A DNA stretch of 64,000 nt from an uncultured Gemmatimonadales bacterium (GTDB lineage Bacteria > Gemmatimonadota > Gemmatimonadetes > Longimicrobiales > RSA9), in assembly GCA_963816355.1 (NCBI GenBank), contig CAWFKH010000003.1, forward strand, positions 1,056,001 through 1,120,000, read 5' to 3'. Shown piece by piece: positions 34,242 through 43,513 of the stretch (position 1 is its first letter; every line of letters starts with the position of its first letter). The notes below the pieces were generated by a model, which saw nothing but the letters and a program-made list of their open reading frames with translations, was not told the origin of the DNA and searched no databases. Made by a program: the position numbers and the translations under genes.

Positions 34242-36568
34242 GCGGCAAGGCGAGAGCGGTCGGCTGGGCGGCGCTGGTCTACTTCGGGCTCGCGGTGGTC
34301 TACTTCTTCCCCGCCTTCGCGCCCGGCAAGATCCTGTACGGCAGCGACTACCTGGCCGGCGGCTACTTCTTTCAGGAGTTCGTGTCGGCGCGCTTCGCGG
34401 CGGGCGCCCTTCCGAAATGGGTCCCCTACCTCTACGGCGGGCTGCCGCTCTTCGCGAACCCGGGCAGCGCGTTTCACCCGTTCCGTTTCCTAGCTGATCT
34501 CTTTTTCTCCGCCGCCTACATCCTGCCGGCGATCTTCGTGTTGCAGTTCGCCCTTGCCGGTCTCGGCATGTACCTGCTGGCGCGGGAGCTGGGTGTGCGG
34601 GCGTGGGCGGCGGGCGTGGCCGGCCTCGCGTTCGAGATGAGCGGTCTGGCGATGTCGTTCGTGCACGCCGGCCAGGACGGCCGCATCATCGTCGCGACCT
34701 CCGCTCCGCTCTTCTTCTTCTTCCTGCATCGCGGCGTACGCACCGGCGGTGTCGGCGCGTTCGTCGGAGCCGCGGCGACGGCCGCCTTCACGCTGCTCAG
34801 CTTCCAGATCCAGAGCAACTACTACATGCTGCTCGGTGGCGCCCTGTGGGCCCTCTTCTGTCTCTGGCACCTGGGATACTTCCGGCGCCCGCGGGCGTTC
34901 ACGGCGCGCCTCGCCCTCGGCCTCGGAGCCGTCGCCTTCGCCTTCGCGACGGCGTCCGTGAACTTTCTCCCTTTCCTCGACTACGTCGACCAGTCGCCGC
35001 GCGGCGGGAGCGGGAAGGGGTACGAATACGCGACGTCGTGGGCGATGCCGCCGGTCGAGACGATCGGCCTCGCGGTGCCGGAACAGGCCGGCATCCTGGA
35101 GAATTACCGCGGCGAGAACCCGATCAAGCTCCACACCGAGTACGTGGGTGCGCTCGTCGTGGGACTGCTCTTCCTGGGTGTGTTCTACTCGCGCCGGAAC
35201 CGCTACTGGTGGTTCTTCCTCGGTCTCACGTTCGTGGCGCTCAGCATCTCCTTCGGCGCTCACACGCCGATCTACCATCTCTACTACGATTTCCTCCCCG
35301 GAACGAAGAAGTTTCGATCTCCCTCGATCTCCTTCTTCCTTGTCGTCCTTTCCCTGGTGGCGATGGCGGCGCTGACGCTGGAGGAGTTGGCCCGCCGCAG
35401 GGAGGAGCGCGAGACGCGACGGGGGCGGACGGCAGCAGCCGGCGCCGATCCTCTGCGCTGGGTGCCGTGGATCCTGGGCGCGCTCCTCGGACTCGCCGTC
35501 CTCGGCGCGGGGCTCAACGGAGCGGGGCCCGGCGCGCCCGCCGCCGCCGCGGCGCGCCAGCTCGGCTATCTCCGCTTCGGCTTCTTCCTCGCGCTCACCG
35601 GGGCGGGCTTGTGGCTGTGGATCGCGGGCCGGCTGTCCGCGCGGTGGGTGGCGGTGGGGCTCGCCCTGGTCACGGTGATCGACCTCTGGGTCATCGACCG
35701 CAAGTTCTTTGAGACGATCGAGGGACCGGCGCGTCTCTTCGCGGCCGACGACGTGGTGGATTTCCTGCGCTCGCAGCCGGGCCCGTTCCGCGTGTGGGCG
35801 CTGCCGTTCCCGCCGGGCCAGACGTACGCGCGCGCGGGTACGGACTACCTGATGGGGTTCGGGATCGATCAGGCGGGCGGAGAGCACAGCGACCCGATCC
35901 AGCGTTACCTCGAGGTCGTGGGTGCCGGCAGCCGGAGCATGACCGACTGGCACAACTTCCTGCAGGACCCGGTCTTCATGGACGCGGCCAACGTGAAGTA
36001 CCTCCTCACGGGGGTCGAGCTTCAGGGACCGGAGTTCCGCGAGGTTCACCGCTCGCCTTACGGCATCGTCTACGAAAAGGTCACCGCCCTGCCGCGCGCC
36101 TACCTCGTGCCTGCCGTCCAGGTGGCGACGCCGCCGGACGGCGCCCTCGCCGCGATGCGTCGCTCCGGCTTCGACCCGCGCCGCGAGGCCGTCCTCTACG
36201 CGCCGCCGCCGCGCCCGCTGCCGGGCGGGCCGCTGACGGGATCGGCGACGGTGTCCCAGTACACGCCGGACCGCGTCGTGGTGGAGACGAGCAGCGACCG
36301 TGGCGCGCTGCTCGTCCTCGCCGACAATTACTACGACGGGTGGCATGCCGAAGTCGACGGGACCAGCGCGCCGATCCTGCAGACCGACCACGCCTTCCGC
36401 GGCGTCGAGGTGGCCGCCGGCCGGCACACAGTCGTCTTCCGCTTCGAGCCGGCGGACCTGGCGCTCGGCTTCCGCATCTACGTCGTCTGTCTCGCGCTGC
36501 TCGGCGGCTTCGGCCTCTTCGCCCTCGTCCGCGCCTGGAGGCGCCGCTCCGCAGCCGTGGCCGGATGA
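34238..36568 (+). CDS. YfhO-family multi-pass membrane protein (GT-C fold)
   Basis: PKWVPYLYGGLPLFANP, many TM helices, EYATSWA, ALPRAY, LVLADNYYDGWHAEVDG..HAFRGVEVAAGRHTVVFRFEP (YfhO C-terminal signature). Confidence 0.88.
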   Translation: MSGKARAVGWAALVYFGLAVVYFFPAFAPGKILYGSDYLAGGYFFQEFVSARFAAGALPKWVPYLYGGLPLFANPGSAFHPFRFLADLFFSAAYILPAIFVLQFALAGLGMYLLARELGVRAWAAGVAGLAFEMSGLAMSFVHAGQDGRIIVATSAPLFFFFLHRGVRTGGVGAFVGAAATAAFTLLSFQIQSNYYMLLGGALWALFCLWHLGYFRRPRAFTARLALGLGAVAFAFATASVNFLPFLDYVDQSPRGGSGKGYEYATSWAMPPVETIGLAVPEQAGILENYRGENPIKLHTEYVGALVVGLLFLGVFYSRRNRYWWFFLGLTFVALSISFGAHTPIYHLYYDFLPGTKKFRSPSISFFLVVLSLVAMAALTLEELARRREERETRRGRTAAAGADPLRWVPWILGALLGLAVLGAGLNGAGPGAPAAAAARQLGYLRFGFFLALTGAGLWLWIAGRLSARWVAVGLALVTVIDLWVIDRKFFETIEGPARLFAADDVVDFLRSQPGPFRVWALPFPPGQTYARAGTDYLMGFGIDQAGGEHSDPIQRYLEVVGAGSRSMTDWHNFLQDPVFMDAANVKYLLTGVELQGPEFREVHRSPYGIVYEKVTALPRAYLVPAVQVATPPDGALAAMRRSGFDPRREAVLYAPPPRPLPGGPLTGSATVSQYTPDRVVVETSSDRGALLVLADNYYDGWHAEVDGTSAPILQTDHAFRGVEVAAGRHTVVFRFEPADLALGFRIYVVCLALLGGFGLFALVRAWRRRSAAVAG

Positions 36569-37503
36569 GGGGCGGGCGCATCGCGCGCCGCGCCGCCGGC
36601 GCCGCCCTCGTCGTCGCCGCGTTCGCGTTTCTGTCGCGGGCGGTGGCGCAGGACTGGGGTCGGCTGCGCGCCTACCAGTGGCACGTAGAGCTGCTTCCGC
36701 TGCTCGGCAGCGTCGCGGCGCTGCTGCTCGTCTTCTGCTTCGGCGTCCTCGGCTGGAGCCGCGCCTTCGCCTGCCTCGACTCGACGCGCGTCCGCTACGG
36801 GACGCTCCTGCGCATCTGGTTCCTGTCGAACCTCGCGCGCTACGTGCCGGGCAAGGTGTGGCAGTTCGTCGGCGCCGCACAGCTCGCCCGCAGTGAAGGG
36901 ATCCCCGCCGCGGTGCTGCTCACGTCGCTGCTCGCGAACGCGGGCTTCACGCTGCTCGGCGCGATGATCGTCGCCGCGGCCACGCTCCCGGCCGGCGCCT
37001 GGCTCGGTCGTGCCCTTCCGGGCGGCGGCCACCTTCCGCCGGGCCTCTGGCTCGCGACGTCCTGCACCCTCCTCTCGCTCGTCCTCGTCCACCCGCTCGT
37101 CCTGAACTGGGGACTGCGGCTGGTGCCCCGCTGGCTCCACCGAACGGTCCTCGTGTGGAACGGCCGCTGGGTGGATGGCGTTCTCCTCCTCATGATCGCC
37201 GTGGTCGGCTGGATCGCCTACGGGGCCGCGCTACTCCTCTTCGTCCGCTCGCTCTTCCCTCCCCCGGCGGGCGCGCTCGCGGCGTTGACCGGCGCCAACG
37301 CCGCGGCCTTCGCGGCGGGCTACGTCGTCATCATCGCGCCCGCCGGGCTCGGCGCCCGTGAGCTGTCGATGGCGGCGCTGCTGCGGCCGATTCTGCCTGA
37401 AGGCGTGGCGGTGGTGGTGGCGGTGGGATCGAGGCTGTGGATCGTCGCGGCGGAGCTCGTCGGCGCGGGGCTGGCGCTCGTCGCGATGCGGCGCCGCCGC
37501 TAG
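36565..37503 (+). CDS. Lysylphosphatidylglycerol-synthase-TM (flippase-like) membrane protein
   Basis: SNLARYVPGKVW, APAGLGARE, SRLW; many TM helices. Confidence 0.85.
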   Translation: MRGGRIARRAAGAALVVAAFAFLSRAVAQDWGRLRAYQWHVELLPLLGSVAALLLVFCFGVLGWSRAFACLDSTRVRYGTLLRIWFLSNLARYVPGKVWQFVGAAQLARSEGIPAAVLLTSLLANAGFTLLGAMIVAAATLPAGAWLGRALPGGGHLPPGLWLATSCTLLSLVLVHPLVLNWGLRLVPRWLHRTVLVWNGRWVDGVLLLMIAVVGWIAYGAALLLFVRSLFPPPAGALAALTGANAAAFAAGYVVIIAPAGLGARELSMAALLRPILPEGVAVVVAVGSRLWIVAAELVGAGLALVAMRRRR

Positions 37504-37550
37504 CCTCGCTCCTGCGCTCGCGCGGCGAGCGGTGCGCTCCGCCCGCGGCG

Positions 37551-38513
37551 CTATCCGCGCGACAGGAGGCGACGCTCGAGGCTCTCGATCTGGGCGTGCT
37601 GCTGCGCCACGAGCTCGGCGAGGAAGCCGAAGCCGAAGAGCAGGAACCCGAGCGTCTCCAGCAGGATGACGAGGTAGAGCAGCGGCCGGAAGCCGAATGG
37701 CGGCATCGCGTGCGCGATGCGCAACACGATCGTGAGCAGGCCCACCAGCACGCCCAGGCCGGCCATCACGAGCCCCGTCACGCCGAACAGGAGGAGCGGC
37801 TTGCGGGAAAAGAAGAGGAAGAAGGCGACCGACATCAGATCGAGCAGCCCGACCACGATCCGACCGCGCCCGCCGTACTTCGGCCTCCCGTGCCGCCGCG
37901 GGTGCAGCGTGATGTCGAGCTCGCTGACGGAGAAGCCGCGCGCGTAGGCCAGCACGACGAAGAAGCGGTGCCAATCGTGGCGGAGGTGGATCTCGTCGAG
38001 GACCTCGGACCGGAAGCCCTTCATCGAGTTGAGATCGCTCACCGGCACCCTGAAGATGAGGCGGTTCAGCAGGTTGTAGGTGCGCGACACGGTCGCCTTG
38101 TCGTAGCGGCCGATCTTGCGGCCGGTCACGATGTCGGCGCCCGCCGCGAGCGCGGCGAGAAAACGGGGGATCTCTTCCGTCGAGTGCTGCAGATCCGCGT
38201 CGAAGAGGATGAGCCAGCGCGCGGTGGTGGCGTGGGCGGCCGTCAGCAGCGCCTCCGTCTTGCCGAAGTTGCGCCGGTGCCGCAGGACGCGGAAGCGTGG
38301 CCAGTCCCGCGTCAAGCTTTCGGCGCGCTCCGCAGTCCCGTCGCTGGAGCCGTCGTCCACCAGCAGCACCTCGCCGTCCAGGCCGTGGCGCTCGAACGTA
38401 CCGCGCAGCTCCGCCACGAGCTCGTCGATGTTCTCGACCTCGTCGTACGCGGGCACGACGAGCGCGAAGTCGCTTCGTGCCTCCAGCGGCAGGACCGCAG
38501 CGTCGTCGTCCAT
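37551..38513 (-). CDS. GT2 polyprenyl-phosphate glycosyltransferase (ArnC/GtrB-like) with two C-terminal TM helices
   Basis: VVPAYDEVEN, VDDGSSDGT, RRNFGK, FDADLQ, HRF, PRRHGRPKY. Confidence 0.92.
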   Translation of the reverse strand: MDDDAAVLPLEARSDFALVVPAYDEVENIDELVAELRGTFERHGLDGEVLLVDDGSSDGTAERAESLTRDWPRFRVLRHRRNFGKTEALLTAAHATTARWLILFDADLQHSTEEIPRFLAALAAGADIVTGRKIGRYDKATVSRTYNLLNRLIFRVPVSDLNSMKGFRSEVLDEIHLRHDWHRFFVVLAYARGFSVSELDITLHPRRHGRPKYGGRGRIVVGLLDLMSVAFFLFFSRKPLLLFGVTGLVMAGLGVLVGLLTIVLRIAHAMPPFGFRPLLYLVILLETLGFLLFGFGFLAELVAQQHAQIESLERRLLSRG

Positions 38514-38523
38514 CGCCGTCGGG

Positions 38524-39978
38524 TCAGACCCGCTTCCGCATGCGCGCGGAGAGGATGCCGAGCTGGTCGCGGTACTTCGCCACCGTCCGTCGCGCGATCT
38601 GGATCCCCTCCTCCTTCAGGATGTTGACGATCGCCTGGTCGGTCAGAGGCTTCTTCGGGTTCTCGTCGTCGACGAGCTTCTGGATCTTCGCCTTGATTCC
38701 ACGGGCGCTCACGTCCTCGCCGGACGTCGTCGAGAGACCGCTGGAGAAGAAGAACTTGAGCGGCAGCACGCCGCGCGGCGTCTGCACGAACTTCTCGTTG
38801 GTGACGCGCGATACGGTCGATTCGTGCATGTCGATCACCTCGGCCACCTCGCGCAGCGTCAGCGGCTTCAGGTACTGCACGCCCTTCTCGAAGAACTCGC
38901 GCTGCCGGTCGACGATGAAGTTCATCACCTTCAGCATCGTCTGGCGCCGCTGCTCGATCGCCTGGATCATCCAGTTGGCGCTGTTCAGCTTGTTGGAGAT
39001 GAACTCCTTGTTCTCGCCCTGGAACTTGTTCTTGTCGCGCGCGATCTCGCGGTAGGCGCGCGACAGCCGCAACCGCGGCATGTTCGTGTCGTTGAGGAAC
39101 ACCATGTACTCACCGTCGATCTTGTCGACGATCAGGTCCGGCGTGATGTAGTCGTCCTTCGCGGCGGAGTACTTGAGGCCGGGCTTCGGATCGAGCTTCG
39201 CGACCTCGTCGGCCGCCGTTTGCACCTCTTTCGGCGAGACGGACAGCTCTTTCGATATCTCGGACCAGCGATGGTTGATCAGGTCCTCGTAATATTCGCG
39301 GACAATGCGGTCGGCGAGGCTGTCGCTGCGCTCTCCGTCGCGGAGCTGGAGGAGCAGGCACTCGCGCAGGTCGCGGGCGGCGATCCCGGGCGGATCGAAC
39401 CCCTGGATCGTCCGCAGCATCTGCTCCGCATCCTCCATCGTGAACGGCTTCAGCTCCGCCTCGGACTCCGCCCACTCGGCGCCGAACTCCTCGAGCCATT
39501 CGTTGAGCGGCTCGATCACTTCCTCGAGCGAACAGGTGAGATAGCCGTCGTCGTCGATGTTGCCGATGATCTCCTCGCCCAGCAGGATGGCGCGCTCGTC
39601 CATCGGCATCAGCACGAGCTGGTCGCGGAGATGGTCGGCCAGGTCGCGCGTCTCGACCGGCACGGCCTCGTAGTATTCCTTCTGCTCGTACTCCGCCTTC
39701 CGTCCGCCGGCGTCGAAGCCGTCCAGGAGGATCTCCTCCCAGTCGATCTCGTCTTGCTCCTTTTCCTTCTCCTTCTCCTTCTCGTTCGTCTCCGGCTCCG
39801 CCTCCGCGGCGGGCGCCTCGAGCTCCAGGAACGGGTTGTTGAGCAGCTCCTGGTTGATATGCTGCTGCAGGTCCATCAGAGGCATGTACAGGAGGTCCAT
39901 CGCCTGGTAGAGGCGAGGATTGATCTTCATCTCCTGCCTGAGATGCGTGCCCTGATACAGTCCCGTCTTCATGCTCAT
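38524..39978 (-). CDS. rpoN: RNA polymerase sigma-54 factor
   Basis: NPFLE, IIGNIDDDGYL, DPPGIAARDLRECLLLQL, MHESTVSR, RpoN box ARRTVAKYR. Confidence 0.98.
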   Translation of the reverse strand: MSMKTGLYQGTHLRQEMKINPRLYQAMDLLYMPLMDLQQHINQELLNNPFLELEAPAAEAEPETNEKEKEKEKEQDEIDWEEILLDGFDAGGRKAEYEQKEYYEAVPVETRDLADHLRDQLVLMPMDERAILLGEEIIGNIDDDGYLTCSLEEVIEPLNEWLEEFGAEWAESEAELKPFTMEDAEQMLRTIQGFDPPGIAARDLRECLLLQLRDGERSDSLADRIVREYYEDLINHRWSEISKELSVSPKEVQTAADEVAKLDPKPGLKYSAAKDDYITPDLIVDKIDGEYMVFLNDTNMPRLRLSRAYREIARDKNKFQGENKEFISNKLNSANWMIQAIEQRRQTMLKVMNFIVDRQREFFEKGVQYLKPLTLREVAEVIDMHESTVSRVTNEKFVQTPRGVLPLKFFFSSGLSTTSGEDVSARGIKAKIQKLVDDENPKKPLTDQAIVNILKEEGIQIARRTVAKYRDQLGILSARMRKRV

Positions 39979-41174
39979 GCAACACCCGGTCTGGCATAGC
40001 GCTCCCGCATTCGCGCGGTAAGCGTAGGCCCTAAGTAGATCTCCGCAACTTCGTCGTTCCAGACGAGTTCTGCCACCGTCCCCGACGCCCGCACCCGCCC
40101 ATCGTACATGATGTATGCCCGATCCACGATGTCGAGGGTCTGCTCGACGTTGTGGTCCGTGATGATCACGCCGATGCCGCGGTGCCGCAGCCCGGCGACG
40201 ATCTGCTGGATGTCGTGCACAGCGATCGGGTCGACCCCTGCAAACGGTTCGTCCAGCAACATGAACTTCGGCTCGCTCACCAGCGCCCGCGTGATTTCCA
40301 GCCGCCGCCGTTCGCCGCCGGAGAGTGAGTACGCCTTCGCCTTGCGAAGGTGCTTGATCGAGAGCTCGTCCAGCAGCCGCTCCAGGCGCTCCCGCCGCTC
40401 ACTGCGGCTCAGCGGAAGCGTCTGCAGGATCGCCATGATGTTCTCTTCCACCGTGAGCTTGCGGAAGATCGACGGCTCCTGCGCGAGGTAGCCGATCCCG
40501 CGCCGCGCGCGTCGGTACATCGGCACGTCCGTCAGCTCCACGTCGTCCAGATAGACGACGCCGCCGGTAGGCGGAATCAGCCCGACGATCATGTAGAAGC
40601 ACGTCGTCTTCCCCGCGCCGTTCGGTCCCAGCAGGCCCACGATCTCGCCCTGCGTGACCTGCAGGTCCATGTCGTTGACCACTTTGCGACGGCGGTAGAT
40701 CTTGACGAGGTTCTTCGCCTCCAGCGTGCTGCGGCCGTTGCCCTCCGCCCGCGCCGCCGATCCCTCCTCCCCACCCTGCGGCGCCAGCAGCGCGTGGACC
40801 CGCTCCGCGAGCAGCGTCGCCAGCCGATTCCGCTCCGGCGCCGTCGCCGCCCACACGCCTGGCAGGATTCGCACCCGCTCCCATTCCGCGCCCTCCGGCT
40901 CGGCCTGCGCGATGCCCCGTGAGGCCAGCGGGCGGAGCACGTGCTCCTCCAGGTACTGCGCCAACTGATCGGCCGGAACCATGCCGACCGCCGCGCGGCC
41001 CGCTCCGCCCCGGGTCTCGGCCGCGTACGCCTGCCGTACCGCCGCCAGCCACTCGCCTCGGTCCGTGGCGCCGCCGCCATCCGCCAGCCGCACCAGCTCG
41101 CACAGCGCCAGTGCGATCGACGCGTCGTGCGACCGAAGCGTCTCGGCGTAGTCGAGGATCGGCTGAGCGCTCAT
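39975..41174 (-). CDS. lptB: LPS export ABC ATPase LptB with an N-terminal extension of about 150 aa
   Basis: GPNGAGKTT, GYLAQEPSIFRKL, LSGGERRRLEI, LDEPFAGVDP, TDHNV; ATG 41174 overlaps the upstream stop. Confidence 0.93.
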   Translation of the reverse strand: MSAQPILDYAETLRSHDASIALALCELVRLADGGGATDRGEWLAAVRQAYAAETRGGAGRAAVGMVPADQLAQYLEEHVLRPLASRGIAQAEPEGAEWERVRILPGVWAATAPERNRLATLLAERVHALLAPQGGEEGSAARAEGNGRSTLEAKNLVKIYRRRKVVNDMDLQVTQGEIVGLLGPNGAGKTTCFYMIVGLIPPTGGVVYLDDVELTDVPMYRRARRGIGYLAQEPSIFRKLTVEENIMAILQTLPLSRSERRERLERLLDELSIKHLRKAKAYSLSGGERRRLEITRALVSEPKFMLLDEPFAGVDPIAVHDIQQIVAGLRHRGIGVIITDHNVEQTLDIVDRAYIMYDGRVRASGTVAELVWNDEVAEIYLGPTLTARMRERYARPGVA

Positions 41175-42959
41175 CGCTTCCGCTCCGTCCAGCGCCGTCT
41201 CGTCTCCGCCAGCGGCGGACCGCCCCCGCGCGCGGCCGGGTCTGGCGGCGCCCATGACGACGCGCGTCTCGCGTGCCGGCTCGCGCGCGCAGCCGGCCCT
41301 TCTTCCGGAACTTCCTCAACCACGTCCGTGGTGTCCGGTCGCGCCGCCGCCGTGTCGGGAGCGGCTGCGGCGGGGCTGCGCAGGGCCGCGGCCGTATCGC
41401 GAACCGCGGCGGCCGTGTCCCGGAACGCGGCGGCGCTGTCCGGTGCGGTACGGGCACTGTCCGTGCCCGGCCGGCGCGGCTGCAGGTGCACCCCGTGGAC
41501 CGGTCCCGTGGCGTCGATGCCGCTCACCTCGCCAGCGTGCAGCTCGATGGTGATCGACGAGGCCACCATGTAGTTGATGCTGGGCCGCTCCGTAGCCGGA
41601 CGGCCGGACTCGCGCGCCCGGTAGACCGTCTGCGCGGGGGCGCCGCTCTGGCCCACCACGACGAGTCGCTTGAGCACGGCGCGCGCAGCCGCGGTGTCGC
41701 CGGGCGGCGGTGCCGCGGCGGAGTCCGGCGGCGCCTCGAAGTAGGCGCGGATCGTATCGCCCCGCGCCCAATCGCTCGCCGCGATCGCCGGAAGATCGGC
41801 CTGCACCGTGTCAGCCGGCTGTTCGGCGTACGCCTGCCCCACGGCGTACAGACTGTCGATGCGTTGGCCGCCCGCGGAAAGCGCGTCGATCGAGTCGGCC
41901 ACGAGCCGCATCCCTTCCGCCGACGCCCGCGCCTGCACGCTGTCGCCGACCGCGTCCTTCGGCGCGCGCGCCGCGCCGAGCGCGATCAACCGCTCGACGG
42001 CGCCGTCGTCGAAGAAGATCCGGATCGCGGGGGCATCGAGCGTAGCGCGGTCCGAGGTGAGGCGGGCTTTCCCCGTCGCGTCCAGCCGATCGATCCGGTC
42101 GCCCGCCATCCTCGCCTCCGCCCGTTCTGCGACGAGATCGTAGTTGCGCCCCACGAGGTGGGCATCCCCCGTGAGCGTCAACGTCGCCGGGGTCCTCGTC
42201 GTAGGTCGCCTGCTTCCCCGTGCCGTGGATCTCCCCGCGGTCGATCACCACGTCACCCGTCGCCTGGAAGTTCCCCTCCCCCACGAGCATGATCGTATTC
42301 GCGTCGACGAGCGTCGGCCTCGCGGTGTCCCGCGCAGCGGAAGCGGGCGTGGCGACCACCGGCGTCGCTGCCCCCGCGGTGTCGGGCGCGGCGACCGCCG
42401 GGGTGTCCGGCGCGGCCGCGGTGTCCGGCGCGGCCGCGGTGTCCAGCCCGGCTGATCGCTGCGCGGGATAGAGCTCGGCGTGCGGGCGTCCGCCCTCGAC
42501 GATGACGCGCGCCTGCTCGCGTCCCACCTGATCCGAGGGGCGGAAGTACTGCAGGTTCTCGCCGCGGATGACCGAGCGCGTCTTGCGGTCCCGCACCACG
42601 ACGTTTCCTCGCCCCTGCAGGTAGCGCTGCATCCCCAGATAGTGCACCCAGTCGGCCGTCATCGCCTTGATGGTGTCGGCGTAGGAGACGTGGCCGATCA
42701 GGTACCACTCCGCCTGCGAGCGCAGGTTGACGGCGCTGTCGGCGCGGACCTGCACGCCGTCCGGGCAGGAGACGTGCAGCGGTCCGCTGATGAAGAGGAT
42801 GTCCCCCTGTTGATTGGCGTAGTTCGCCGCCTCGTAGGCACACGCCCGCGTCTGGGCCCGCGCCGGGGACGGCGCGAGCAGCGGCGCGAGCAGCGGCGCC
42901 AGGCCCGAGAGGGCCGCGAGCACGGACGCGCGGGGACGGGTGCGGAGCGCACGTCGCAT
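41171..42959 (-). pseudogene. lptA: OstA/LptA-like periplasmic LPS transport protein, frameshifted near 42190 (possibly a sequencing error)
   Basis: Signal peptide and beta-jellyroll-like repeats (GRGNVVVRD, ATGDVVIDRG) in ORF 42959-41811 continue in ORF 42181-41171 (LTGDAHL, ATGKARL, ARGDTIRAYF). Removing one base from GGGG at 42189-42192 gives one 595-aa ORF. It lies between lptC and lptB. Confidence 0.8.
42403..42444. repeat. Coding 18-bp tandem repeat (DTAAAP units)
   Basis: GTGTCCGGCGCGGCCGCG at 42403 and 42421, plus a partial third copy. Confidence 0.85.
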
Positions 42960-43513
42960 CAGAACGTGATCTCCATGCCCTTCCCGCGTCCCTTCGGATT
43001 GCGGACGCGGAAGTTGTTGAAGTCGAGGTCGGAGGTGAAGCCGCTCCCGTGCACGACGTCGCCGCCGTGGGTGTAGGTGGTGGCGACGTCGCTCCAGATG
43101 CGGTTGCCCTGCGGGTCGTAGTGCAGCTCCTCGGTCTCAATGCGCCGGGCGCCGCCGTCCAGCACCATCACCACGTTGCCGACCGCGGTCATGCTCTGCT
43201 CGCGCGTGTCGAGGACGCCGCGCCGCGCCGTGAGGTCGCCCGACTGCGTCCCCCTCTCGTCGTACATCGTCAGGTGCAGCCCGCGCGCGTGGAGGACGGT
43301 GGAGGAGTCGTTGTAGAGCAGCGCAGTGTCGGCCAGCAGCAACGCCTTGCGCACGCCGTCCTTCGTCAGCCACTCCTTGGCGTCGAAGATGATCTGGTCG
43401 GCGAGCATCTCCGGCTGGTCGGCGACGGCGGCGGGCTCGACGCCGCGCCGGCCGCACGCCGCGAAGGCCATGGCGAGCGCGAGCGCGATCGACAGTCCTG
43501 CGGTCCGCCTCAT
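42959..43513 (-). CDS. lptC: LPS export periplasmic protein LptC
   Basis: Lipoprotein-like leader FAAC; LTARRG, AVGNVV, IETEELHYD, IWSD, GSGFTSD; position between kdsD and lptA. Confidence 0.88.
   Translation of the reverse strand: MRRTAGLSIALALAMAFAACGRRGVEPAAVADQPEMLADQIIFDAKEWLTKDGVRKALLLADTALLYNDSSTVLHARGLHLTMYDERGTQSGDLTARRGVLDTREQSMTAVGNVVMVLDGGARRIETEELHYDPQGNRIWSDVATTYTHGGDVVHGSGFTSDLDFNNFRVRNPKGRGKGMEITF

Noticed and set aside
38524..39978. Sigma-54 (-24/-12) promoters in the window
   Set aside because: No convincing TGGCAC-N5-TTGC was found by eye in intergenic regions; a PWM scan would be needed.
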